Sequence record: PP942979.1
Length of the DNA: 64,000 nt
Strand: one strand, 5' to 3'
Part shown: positions 53,663 to 62,588 of the stretch, in pieces
Numbering within the stretch: the stretch's first letter is position 1
How the letters are laid out: every line of letters begins with the position of its first letter
The notes under the pieces: model-generated
Database searches by the model: none
What the model saw: only the letters and a program-made list of their open reading frames with translations
Told to the model about the DNA's origin: nothing
Made by a program: the position numbers and the translations under genes

Positions 53663-54715
53663 TTACATCAAAAACCGTCGCTTTATCACCACAGCGTCGT
53701 AGGCATTCAATGTTGCAGCAGGCACTTCATTGGGATTTATGTCTGAGGCCGCATTGAAATCAACACCCGCTTTGGATAGAACAACGTACACTGGAGCGTC
53801 ACGCTCGAATGCTATCGGCATCGCTCCCCACTTTAGTGCATAGGCAGGAGTATCGTCATGGGTGCCTTGTCCGAAGTATGCCCCGTCAGGCTCTGAGGCA
53901 GAACTGCCGAGAGAACCCGCTGAATACGACGTGGTGTAAGACCAGCCTCCACCGGAGAAGTAGTACGAGCCATAAGTTGATGAACTGAATGGTTGAAACA
54001 GTCTCGGGAAGATCGTATCAGGGAAGGTACTCTGATTGTACGGAGAACCCGCATACAACGAACTCAGAGTCTGCACGTTAATCGTTACGGTGGCTATATC
54101 GGCAGTTACATTCAACGCAGTGATTCCCACGTTTTGCAGATAAGAAGATCCTGTCCGTGTCCATCGCCCTATGCCACTACCCCCGCCTCCAGTGATAGTA
54201 CCTCCATCACTTGAAGTCACACTGGCAGATGTTTTAGGGACAGAGTAAAGAGACTTCGTAAACGCTGAGCCGTCGAATGCAGGCAGAACCATATCAGAAT
54301 AAGCGGGTACGCTAGGACTTCCGTTACCGTACGAATCCAGCAGACTGCCTGTACCTTCCTGAGCTGTACCGATGCCAGAGTCTAACGTACCTATAGCATA
54401 GTAACGACGGAACATGTCAATAGCGCTGACAACGCGATTACCACCAGTCTGAGAAAACCCAGACTTACGGACAGAAGGCACGTAGTTATAGAATAGGCGA
54501 TTACCTTTCCAGCCAGCACCACGAACGCATTGCATTTCATTCTGAGCATTAACAAGAGCGCAGAAGGAGCGAGACTTATTGATCTTGTCAATCATCTCAG
54601 GATAAGACGACTTACTTGTTGGAGGCTCAACATCATCAGAGAAAAGGAACATGCGACGACGAGCCGTCTCAATCTTCTTCTCTAAGATTTGCGCTCCGTT
54701 TGAAATGAAAAGCAT
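53663..54715 (-). CDS. putative virion/fibre protein (Ser/Gly/Tyr-rich, divergent family A)
   Basis: AAGGAG RBS; MFLFSDD N-terminus; similar size and architecture to its neighbours. Confidence 0.55.
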   Translation of the reverse strand: MLFISNGAQILEKKIETARRRMFLFSDDVEPPTSKSSYPEMIDKINKSRSFCALVNAQNEMQCVRGAGWKGNRLFYNYVPSVRKSGFSQTGGNRVVSAIDMFRRYYAIGTLDSGIGTAQEGTGSLLDSYGNGSPSVPAYSDMVLPAFDGSAFTKSLYSVPKTSASVTSSDGGTITGGGGSGIGRWTRTGSSYLQNVGITALNVTADIATVTINVQTLSSLYAGSPYNQSTFPDTIFPRLFQPFSSSTYGSYYFSGGGWSYTTSYSAGSLGSSASEPDGAYFGQGTHDDTPAYALKWGAMPIAFERDAPVYVVLSKAGVDFNAASDINPNEVPAATLNAYDAVVIKRRFLM

Positions 54716-54744
54716 AACCACTCCTTAGCAAAACTTTATTCGGT

Positions 54745-55785
54745 TCACATAAGATAAAGTGTCTTGGAACCGAAAGGGTTTTCAGCTTCGATGCTCAATA
54801 CTGCAACATCACCAGTGTCCGCGGGTGCGGTCTGTATAATGTCTTGGCCGATCTTGGCACGAAGCATATACCCTTGACCATTGCACTTGAACATCATCAT
54901 GCAAGAAGTCAGAGTTACGGCAGGCGTGTTTGTCTTGCCAGTAACCGCAGTGCGCATAGAAAATGCGTCTGCACCACGAGTGTAACCACTAACACCATTT
55001 GAGGTGGTCGGGGCTTCCCACGCAGTGAACTGATTTAGCCCACTGTAGCTGTAGCGTTTGCCTACAGGTCGAATGAACGTAATGTGAGGAGCATTCGCAT
55101 CCCGATAGATAGAAGGAATGATCTGCACAGGAGAGGAGGTAGTCTGGATGTATGAGTAAGATTGAGCGCCGGTCTCTGCTCTTGTTGAGAGGTCAAGAGA
55201 AGCATTCATAAACCCAGCATCATAACCACTGTACGTTCCCCAAAAGCTGTCAACATTTCGAGCGTACTGATTGCCTGCCTTAGAACTGTATGATTCAATC
55301 TGAGCGGACTGTCTCATGTTCTCAGGAAAGACGAGCATACACGACGAAGGCCAATAGTACCCTGTCTCGCATGTGTCTCGACTCACACCGTTCCAGCCGT
55401 TAAACACGGGGTTGCCGTTAGACCACTGCTGGCCATTGCCCTCCGCCGTGTCGTATACACATAAGTAACGCTCGGCAACAGCTTTATACGTCTGCACTGC
55501 CGTATAGCTATTGTGAGGCGCAGCGTTGCCTGAGATAAGATTGGCGCTACGTGCTGGGTAGAAGTAGTTGTCCTTAACACCACTCATAGGACTCAAGGTA
55601 ATCTGGTCGCCCCGTGTGTCTGAGCTATTACCCCAAGCACGAACAGACTGCACCTTTGAGATGTAGTGTTCTTCGTCCAAATGAGCGTCAGATATATCCG
55701 TCTGATCGTCAAAGTAAAGCGCACGATGTACTGCCAGCTTGGCTATCGTGTTCGCCTTGTTATTGTGGTACGTTGCGTATAGCAT
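54745..55785 (-). CDS. putative virion/fibre protein (divergent family A)
   Basis: AAGGA RBS; AKIGQDII tail. Confidence 0.55.
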   Translation of the reverse strand: MLYATYHNNKANTIAKLAVHRALYFDDQTDISDAHLDEEHYISKVQSVRAWGNSSDTRGDQITLSPMSGVKDNYFYPARSANLISGNAAPHNSYTAVQTYKAVAERYLCVYDTAEGNGQQWSNGNPVFNGWNGVSRDTCETGYYWPSSCMLVFPENMRQSAQIESYSSKAGNQYARNVDSFWGTYSGYDAGFMNASLDLSTRAETGAQSYSYIQTTSSPVQIIPSIYRDANAPHITFIRPVGKRYSYSGLNQFTAWEAPTTSNGVSGYTRGADAFSMRTAVTGKTNTPAVTLTSCMMMFKCNGQGYMLRAKIGQDIIQTAPADTGDVAVLSIEAENPFGSKTLYLM

Positions 55786-55822
55786 AAACTGTCCTTAAGC
55801 CCTAATGTGTGGCTTGCTAAAA

Positions 55823-55845
55823 ACACCGCCTGATGCGGTCACGCC
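55823..55845 (-). terminator. rho-independent terminator
   Basis: ACCGC-ATCAG-GCGGT-GTTTTT on the - strand. Confidence 0.55.
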
Positions 55846-55864
55846 CATGAGGATTATTGTTCGC

Positions 55865-56794
55865 TTACACGCTTATCACTTCTTCAAATGGCAACTCTAT
55901 CCGTGACATGCTAATCGTTGGAGTATTCCCAGACTGCTGCGTCGAAGCCGTGTAGTCTTTCGATTGCTCCGGCTTGAACAGCTTAACTTCATTTCCCCAC
56001 AGCATTGGGATAACACAGTACGACAGATCGACACCCGACTCAGGAACACCGATAGCCGCAGTTGGAACCGTCGGCAGTACAGTGCCAGATTTGTAGGGCA
56101 ACTGAAATCTACTGTTACCTGAGATAACCACATGTCCACACCATAACAGTAACACCGAGCCAGTATCAGCATTGATGTTGTTGTAGACAGGACGGGTTGT
56201 AGGGCTAGAGTCAGATTCGTGTTGAGATACTGTCGGGCTGACAAACACGTCCGTTGTTGTGCGCAACAGAGCTATGCCTTGCGTCATGATTCCGCCGTAC
56301 GAAGTGGACTGCCCTCGTGCAATATCTGAATACATTTGAGGCAGTACCCAGTTAGCGTTAGGTATAGGTGAATTACCAACACGACTAGGAATCAGACTCG
56401 CAATGGTTCCGTTTGTAATCCACGGCTTACCCGCAGTGGACATGGTAAACGGAGTAACACTGTCATTTCCTACAAGCCCTTCGTTCTGACCGTTGCATCG
56501 ACCACTAGCATTGAAGCCAGTAGGTATAGGCAACATAGTCTGAGCGAATGCGGCCTCAGATTTGAAGTCAGGGATAGCGCCTAAGTTTGATATGCGTGTG
56601 AGTTTTAATTGACTGCTTGTACCTACCATTACAGGCGTCAGCTTCACCTGATTGTTGTCAACGATGGTCTCCACGTGAGTTCGTGCGTTACGCATATAGT
56701 CCATGATGCCTGCAACAGTCATCGTAGAAAATGGACGCTCGGAAAACATCGCATAGAGTCTAATATCTTTCCTCTTTGGTATGACGAGTTGCAT
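55865..56794 (-). CDS. putative virion/fibre protein (divergent family A)
   Basis: AAGGA RBS before ATG 56794. Confidence 0.55.
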   Translation of the reverse strand: MQLVIPKRKDIRLYAMFSERPFSTMTVAGIMDYMRNARTHVETIVDNNQVKLTPVMVGTSSQLKLTRISNLGAIPDFKSEAAFAQTMLPIPTGFNASGRCNGQNEGLVGNDSVTPFTMSTAGKPWITNGTIASLIPSRVGNSPIPNANWVLPQMYSDIARGQSTSYGGIMTQGIALLRTTTDVFVSPTVSQHESDSSPTTRPVYNNINADTGSVLLLWCGHVVISGNSRFQLPYKSGTVLPTVPTAAIGVPESGVDLSYCVIPMLWGNEVKLFKPEQSKDYTASTQQSGNTPTISMSRIELPFEEVISV

Positions 56795-56860
56795 ACAATA
56801 TCCTTGATAAAGAACTTGTCTTTGCGGACATATGCAAAAACAGAGCAAACTCTGATAAAA

Positions 56861-56893
56861 GGTAAAAGGGCCCGTACCATTACGATACAGGCC
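56861..56893 (-). terminator. rho-independent terminator
   Basis: GGCCTGTATC-GTAAT-GGTACGGGCC-CTTTT on the - strand. Confidence 0.65.
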
Positions 56894-56900
56894 ATTTCAG

Positions 56901-57482
56901 TTACACCAGCAGACGACCTGCGATAGTGATTGCTACACCATTGAGAGTGGTGTCAGCAGTGTCTGGTGCAACAACACGAAGCTGATCTCCGGCAACCAGA
57001 ATGATCTCTTGGTCCAGATAGGCAGCAAGAGGAGCAAACACACCAGTCTTAGAGCCAGCGCCAAACGTAACAGTACCGAGCTGAATAACAGCTTGGGTGG
57101 CACTGTCATAAGCACTTACTTTGAATACAGCCTGAGCCGTAGCAGCAACATCAGCAACAGCCATAGAGCCGACAAAGTTTTTGATGATCGCAGTAGTACG
57201 CACAGATAGGTAACGAGCGATCTCTTGTCCACCAGCGTAGCGCTTGAGAACACTCATACCCACGTCATATGGATTTACAGACTGTAGCTGGTTGACCCAC
57301 TTGGTGCGCACGGCAGAGTAGACATACAGGCCAGGCTGATTTGCGCCAGACACAGCAGTCAAGTTCCACACACGACCATTAGCTGGGTTAGCTGGGAATG
57401 TTGGACCAGACGAGTTTGGGTCGCCCGGCACACGAACGATCTGCGCGTTTTCACCTGCGAGTTGAATACCAAAAGCGTACAT
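56901..57482 (-). CDS. virion structural protein (beta-sandwich fibre component)
   Basis: FPANPANGRVW..GLYVY; LGTVTFGAG..AGDQLRVVAPDTAD pattern of phage virion proteins. Confidence 0.65.
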   Translation of the reverse strand: MYAFGIQLAGENAQIVRVPGDPNSSGPTFPANPANGRVWNLTAVSGANQPGLYVYSAVRTKWVNQLQSVNPYDVGMSVLKRYAGGQEIARYLSVRTTAIIKNFVGSMAVADVAATAQAVFKVSAYDSATQAVIQLGTVTFGAGSKTGVFAPLAAYLDQEIILVAGDQLRVVAPDTADTTLNGVAITIAGRLLV

Positions 57483-57493
57483 ATTTTTTCTCC

Positions 57494-57715
57494 TTAGGCG
57501 ATTCGCACATGTCCCGTAACAGCATACGGGAATGTTACTTTGACCGTGTTCTTATCAACAATGATAACGTCGAGTGGCAGCACTTGATGGAGTTTACCAT
57601 CAGGCATGTTCACGCAAGTAGTCACTGCGACTTCACGGCCGAAGTTGTGCGTAATCGCCCATTCAGCGGCAGCCTCTTCCTGTAGGAAGGTGCGCCCCAT
57701 TGAATAGTTGATCAT
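57494..57715 (-). CDS. single W-x-I-T-H-N-x-G domain protein (family B)
   Basis: WAITHNFGREV..PLDV..NTVKVTF..GHVRI. Confidence 0.65.
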   Translation of the reverse strand: MINYSMGRTFLQEEAAAEWAITHNFGREVAVTTCVNMPDGKLHQVLPLDVIIVDKNTVKVTFPYAVTGHVRIA

Positions 57716-57728
57716 AGAGACCTCGTTA

Positions 57729-58661
57729 TTACAGATTATAGAGTGCCGCGGGTCTGCGAACTAGAGAAACGGTGTCTGCGAAACTGCCTTGATAGACATT
57801 GCCTGGAACCATGTCGCTAGGAACTGTGAAGTCGTTTGCATCCAATAGATACATCAGAAGATCGTTTGTACCTGTGGAGACAACAACAGCAGCCCAAGAC
57901 AGATTCACAGATTCATCGGTTGAAGCAGTGATCGGCAGACTTGCAGTACGTTTGTCCGTAGGTCCACTTGTGACATTCGGGTAGCTTGTCGTTCTAGTCG
58001 CATTGTTAAACGTAATGCCCCGCAGAGTTTTTGTGCTTACTGTAACACCTGCATTTATGCTATAGTATTGATACCTACCGCTAAAGTTTTCGTAGGTTTG
58101 CCCAAAAGCAGCAGGCTGTGCGTTTGATGCGTCAAAGTGGCTGACTGCATTCATGGCCATAGTGGTGTATGTAGGATAAGAGCTTGCATAGAAGAAGGAT
58201 GTTACTCCCACTGTGGGTATCGAGACACGAACACTTATATCCAAAGCGCGAACGGCATCAGGAACTAGATAGATCGCGCTTGGTGTATTAGCACCGAAAG
58301 TAACTCCATAACCACCAGCCCAAGAGGGTCCAATGTCAGTCAAGAATGCACTGGACCCTCTGCGCGTGGACTCCTTCTTACCGCCCTCCATTGGAATAGC
58401 GGTCAGAGAGAACAGATCGTTTGAACTGAAATCCACATCACCTGACATGTATGACATTTTAGTTAGGTAGTACGTGCTACCCAATCGACCTCTGATTGGG
58501 TTAAGCCGAAATGTTCTCCCTGACATATCGTACACTGTAGTGCGGGCCTCTCCTTGCTTCGCTCTCCAGTCAGCAAGAGACCTAATGTCCTTTGTCGTTG
58601 TTTCATCGAAAAACGATGCGTATCGCAGAACATTATCAGTAGACAGGAGTGCCATCTGCAT
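57729..58661 (-). CDS. putative virion/fibre protein (divergent family A)
   Basis: Thr/Ser-rich, LSWAAVV tail, position in the array. Confidence 0.55.
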   Translation of the reverse strand: MQMALLSTDNVLRYASFFDETTTKDIRSLADWRAKQGEARTTVYDMSGRTFRLNPIRGRLGSTYYLTKMSYMSGDVDFSSNDLFSLTAIPMEGGKKESTRRGSSAFLTDIGPSWAGGYGVTFGANTPSAIYLVPDAVRALDISVRVSIPTVGVTSFFYASSYPTYTTMAMNAVSHFDASNAQPAAFGQTYENFSGRYQYYSINAGVTVSTKTLRGITFNNATRTTSYPNVTSGPTDKRTASLPITASTDESVNLSWAAVVVSTGTNDLLMYLLDANDFTVPSDMVPGNVYQGSFADTVSLVRRPAALYNL

Positions 58662-58673
58662 ATGCCACCTACC

Positions 58674-59270
58674 TTAGTACAGGATGACCGTACCAGATTG
58701 CGGCGTATCGAACGTGATAGTGAGCTGGCTGGTGCTGTCGTGTACGATAGACTTCGGCTGTACTTCTTTGCTGCCCTGATAGATACGAACAGCAGGGTTA
58801 TAGCCTAGGTTATGTACAACAACCCACTGCGCTTCATCGGTGAAGGTAGCGGTGAATGCGACGGTAGGAGTAGGCAGACCGTTTTCAACACCAGACAGCA
58901 ACACGGCAGTACCGGCAACTGGCTCAGGGAACAGAACCACCGTAGTGTTCGCATCCTGAGAGTGAATGGAGGAAGGCTGAACAACGTCACCATTTTCATC
59001 GTAGCATTGTACGATTGGCGTAGCGGTGTTCATGTTGTGCGTAATCTCCCAGCGAGAAGACGCGGAAGGTTTTGAGTAACGGTACATCGTCATCTGTTGA
59101 GTCAGAGGTACCCAAACAGGCACATCGCCAAGTTCGACGCACAGCATCAAACGCTTATCCATAAGAATGGCCATGCCTGGCTTAGGGTCAGCAGGCCAGT
59201 CGGTAGCAACGTCGAACACGAAGTTCTTAATTGAGCCGAACGTTAAGTCGAGCGTCCCGAGGACTTTCAT
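58674..59270 (-). CDS. virion protein with two family B domains
   Basis: WEITHNMN..VQPSSI and WVVVHNLG..VQPKSI; CAGGAG RBS before ATG 59270. Confidence 0.7.
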   Translation of the reverse strand: MKVLGTLDLTFGSIKNFVFDVATDWPADPKPGMAILMDKRLMLCVELGDVPVWVPLTQQMTMYRYSKPSASSRWEITHNMNTATPIVQCYDENGDVVQPSSIHSQDANTTVVLFPEPVAGTAVLLSGVENGLPTPTVAFTATFTDEAQWVVVHNLGYNPAVRIYQGSKEVQPKSIVHDSTSQLTITFDTPQSGTVILY

Positions 59271-59289
59271 AAATCTTCTCCTGAAAGGT

Positions 59290-59317
59290 AAAAAGGGCAG
59301 GCAGATGCCCACCCTTT
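59290..59317 (-). terminator. rho-independent terminator
   Basis: AAAGGGTGGGC-ATCT-GCCTGCCCTTTTT on the - strand. Confidence 0.75.
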
Positions 59318-59337
59318 CATTATGCTACTGAATCGAA

Positions 59338-60960
59338 TTACGCTTCTGGTTCAACGTAGGCGTTAGTACCAGTTACGAATGCGATTGCGACTTTCTTCGC
59401 AGTAGTCAGCTCGACGCGCAGGCTGTTTGCGTCAATGAACACGACTTCATCAGGGATGATTTGATAGCCGGTATCATCAACAACGGTAACAGTACCGTAC
59501 TTCACACCAGCGTTGTGCGTGAAGGTATGCGCAGTTGCAGCAGCGTCACCGCCAGCAGTTTTATCGTACTGGTACAGTTTAGCAGCAGCGCCGCCAGCAG
59601 AGCTGGAGATAGCATCGTCAACATATTTCTTGTTGACAGCAGACTCGTCGGTCAGCGGGTCGGTGCCAGTGATGGTCAGCGCAGCAACTTCACCACCAGT
59701 AGCGTCGATGAAGCCGCCAGCAGTTTTAACCGCAGCAACGTCAACGATGATTTTGCTGTTGGTAGTGTCCTGTTTCAGGCCGGTACCCAGGGCAGCAGCA
59801 GCGATCTGCTCGTAACCCACACCGCCGTCAGCAACTGCGATACCGTCTACAGTGCGAGACAGAGTAGTGCCATCCAGTTTAACGCGAGTAGAACCAGCGT
59901 TATCTTCCAGACCACCAGCAGCATCCAGCTTCGCAGTAACAGCGTTAGAACTGATCTGAATACCAGCACCAACTTTAACGTTAACGACGTTGCCAGATTT
60001 TTCCAGACCATCACCAGCGTTGAACTCAGAAGCACCGCCGAAGGTAGTCCACACAGTACCGTCAAAGCGACGATACTCTTTGATCGCTTTAACCCAGGTC
60101 ACTGCACCGCCAGCTTCGCTGTCAGTCGGGTCGAATACGATTACGAACTTGGTGCCGTCGTAACGCACGATCATGTTGTCAACCAGATCAGTGATAGAAC
60201 CGAAGTTCGGGTTGATCTGATCAGCAGCCAGAATGATGTACTGCTTGCCAGCTACCAGCTCTGGGTCGAGAGTACCATCTTCCTGAATCGCGTCGGAGTC
60301 GTGCAGCCAGTCGATACCAGCAACGGCGTTGTCAATATCGATCTTACGAGCAGCGTCGTTCGGGTTAGCAGGAGCGGCCAGGTTAGCAACGGTATGACCG
60401 TTAGCGTCGAGGTCACCAGAGAGCTGGCCGTTAGCTGAGTCCAGCTTGCCTGTCAGACCAGTTTCAACAGTACCGACTTTACCGTCCAGTGCAGTGATCT
60501 GAGACTGAATGTTAGAAGTCGCGCCAGACACATAGCCCAGCTCGGTAGCAGTTACGTTGCTGGTAGCCAGTTCGTTATCAGCACCAGCGATAACAACACC
60601 GTTTTCAGTCAGGCCAGTGATTTTGTCTTGCTTGGTAGCAGCAACGGTTTCGACGTGTTTCTTAGAAACAGCAGCGTTGTCGCCAGAAGCAGACTGGTCA
60701 GGACCAGACAGCAGAAGGTCAGCAGTCATCGGCACAGAGCCGTCAGCCAGAACAGCACCTTCTAAGGAGCCGCCACCGCCGCCGAAATCTTTGATTTCAG
60801 TACCGTCGAAGTATTTGTACTTCGCATCAGTGCTGTTATACCAGATACGCGCAGTTTGCGCAGCAACCAGATCGCCTACAGCCGGGTCGGCGGTCAAAAC
60901 TTCTGGACGGAAGTTCTTAATCTGACCGCTGAGCATCAGTTCAATATTACCAGTACGCAT
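59338..60960 (-). CDS. major fibre-like virion protein (neck motifs, beta-spiral-like repeats, C-terminal family B domain)
   Basis: NLAAPANPNDAARKIDID, AVNKKYVDD; AGDGLEKSGNVVNVKVGAGIQ repeats; highly biased codons. Confidence 0.7.
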   Translation of the reverse strand: MRTGNIELMLSGQIKNFRPEVLTADPAVGDLVAAQTARIWYNSTDAKYKYFDGTEIKDFGGGGGSLEGAVLADGSVPMTADLLLSGPDQSASGDNAAVSKKHVETVAATKQDKITGLTENGVVIAGADNELATSNVTATELGYVSGATSNIQSQITALDGKVGTVETGLTGKLDSANGQLSGDLDANGHTVANLAAPANPNDAARKIDIDNAVAGIDWLHDSDAIQEDGTLDPELVAGKQYIILAADQINPNFGSITDLVDNMIVRYDGTKFVIVFDPTDSEAGGAVTWVKAIKEYRRFDGTVWTTFGGASEFNAGDGLEKSGNVVNVKVGAGIQISSNAVTAKLDAAGGLEDNAGSTRVKLDGTTLSRTVDGIAVADGGVGYEQIAAAALGTGLKQDTTNSKIIVDVAAVKTAGGFIDATGGEVAALTITGTDPLTDESAVNKKYVDDAISSSAGGAAAKLYQYDKTAGGDAAATAHTFTHNAGVKYGTVTVVDDTGYQIIPDEVVFIDANSLRVELTTAKKVAIAFVTGTNAYVEPEA

Positions 60961-60984
60961 TATCTTTCTCCTGAGTGCGTGGGA

Positions 60985-61728
60985 TTAGAAGAAGTTACTC
61001 TCGCAATCATCAAGGCTACAACGCAGCGCTTGGTATGCAGAGATTCTTTCTTCCGTTAAATTGATATATTTATCATCAATATTGTACTTCACTCGAATAG
61101 GCACATCGTACCCATCAAGCAAGCCGTGACGTTGGTAGACTTCAAGGCGAAGTACGGGTGAGCTGACCTGAGCACGTTCCATAATGTTCAGATCAATCTT
61201 GTCGGCGTAGATGAACGGGCGTTCTCTCTTACACAAGATGTAATCTATCTCATGCAAATTAAAGAGTGTGAAATTCATATAGCCAATAATAAACTCGGCA
61301 ATGAGTTTAAATGACTCGCTCATGTCCGACCGAAACTGTTGTGTGAGAATCTGATCGACGTGTGGCTTGACTGCCATACGCATCTCATACCAGCTCTCAC
61401 AAAACAGTGCGGGGAAATCCTCAGGGTGGTGGGCCATAAGACCCAACACGTCTTTTTCCGTATCTGCGAAAGAGTTTAAAATGTCAGTGGCATCAATATC
61501 CGTCTCGACGCCACGGCCAGTTGAAATGAATCGACGCTCAATGTCTCTCAACCAAGACTCTGATGCAGATAGGTATTGAAGCAGTGTTTCTCGTGCGGCA
61601 GCCGTGAACTCATGCCTGTTAGAGTCTAAGACTTCCCCAAGCATAAAGGCTTTCGCTTTGTAGAAATCACTATAGCGTTCGGCAGTGAATCGTCTGAACC
61701 CTATGTTATTCTTCAAATAGCCCATCAT
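60985..61728 (-). CDS. hypothetical protein (247 aa)
   Basis: ATGA overlap, GAGGG RBS. Confidence 0.65.
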   Translation of the reverse strand: MMGYLKNNIGFRRFTAERYSDFYKAKAFMLGEVLDSNRHEFTAAARETLLQYLSASESWLRDIERRFISTGRGVETDIDATDILNSFADTEKDVLGLMAHHPEDFPALFCESWYEMRMAVKPHVDQILTQQFRSDMSESFKLIAEFIIGYMNFTLFNLHEIDYILCKRERPFIYADKIDLNIMERAQVSSPVLRLEVYQRHGLLDGYDVPIRVKYNIDDKYINLTEERISAYQALRCSLDDCESNFF

Positions 61729-62243
61729 CGCAATGCCCTCAAATCATTCAACTCCGAGTTGCCTTGAGCATTCGGAGTTGTATAAAGAGAACTGGATATG
61801 CTCTGCAAACGCAGACCGAGCTTCTCAAGTTCCTGTTGGCTCCCACCTAACTTCTCAAGCACTTCGCGCATAAGCTCGACGGAAACTTGATGGTCCTGGG
61901 ATTGTTGAGAGATGATTCGTTCGAAGCGCTGCATAGCACGGAGAACGGAATTCAATCCCTCTTTCATATCCAAATTATCCACTGGCGCAGAGTCAGAGAT
62001 TGATTGAAGCATCCTCATCATCTGCGCCAGGTCAGCTTGCAGTACGTCGCTGTCGGGGTTGACAACGGTGGCAGCCGCTTCCAGTTCTGCGTTCCGCTCC
62101 TTCAATTGTTCCAGTTCTTCAAGCTGGGGCAGTATCTTCCACCAAACATAGGCACCGCCTAGGATTAGTAGAACAACAGAGAAGACAGTCGCATAGTTGG
62201 ACGCAAGCAACTTGTATAAAATATCCGCCCACATTATATTCAA
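61725..62243 (-). CDS. membrane-anchored coiled-coil protein
   Basis: N-terminal TM followed by heptad-rich helices. Confidence 0.65.
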   Translation of the reverse strand: MNIMWADILYKLLASNYATVFSVVLLILGGAYVWWKILPQLEELEQLKERNAELEAAATVVNPDSDVLQADLAQMMRMLQSISDSAPVDNLDMKEGLNSVLRAMQRFERIISQQSQDHQVSVELMREVLEKLGGSQQELEKLGLRLQSISSSLYTTPNAQGNSELNDLRALR

Positions 62244-62524
62244 CCCTTACAGGTGTTATCGTTCAGATCAACAATAATCCTCTCGGCACCTGGTTCGTTT
62301 ACGTCAGTGGTTTTGTACGTGTGCGCCATCCGAGGCTTGAACTCTAAGCAACTCTGTCCATAACGTCCATCGACAACACAAATGGCAGACAAGCAGCTCA
62401 CATCTTCCTTGAGTATCAAGTTTTCAGGAGATTCGTTGGCACTCCTAACAGCAGTGATCACGAAACCAACCACAGCGAGGGAAATGGCAACAGTAATCGC
62501 AATCCTAAGTCGCTTGGCTTGCAT
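62240..62524 (-). CDS. small membrane-anchored or secreted Cys-containing protein
   Basis: N-terminal TM/signal, four Cys; GAGGT RBS. Confidence 0.6.
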   Translation of the reverse strand: MQAKRLRIAITVAISLAVVGFVITAVRSANESPENLILKEDVSCLSAICVVDGRYGQSCLEFKPRMAHTYKTTDVNEPGAERIIVDLNDNTCKG

Positions 62525-62588
62525 TTCGGGTTATACCTCATGATCCTTTTATCTGCTTGAAATTAGCGAACCACTCGCATCTAGGAGG

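Noticed and set aside
59461-60438. 325-aa + strand ORF opposite the fibre gene (likewise 48726-49520)
   Set aside because: Ser/Val-rich antisense translations of strongly biased genes; no RBS.
44329-60960. Diversity-generating retroelement or invertible shufflon acting on the paralog array
   Set aside because: No reverse transcriptase, recombinase, template/variable repeat pair or inverted crossover sites were seen; similarity between paralogs is at the protein level only.
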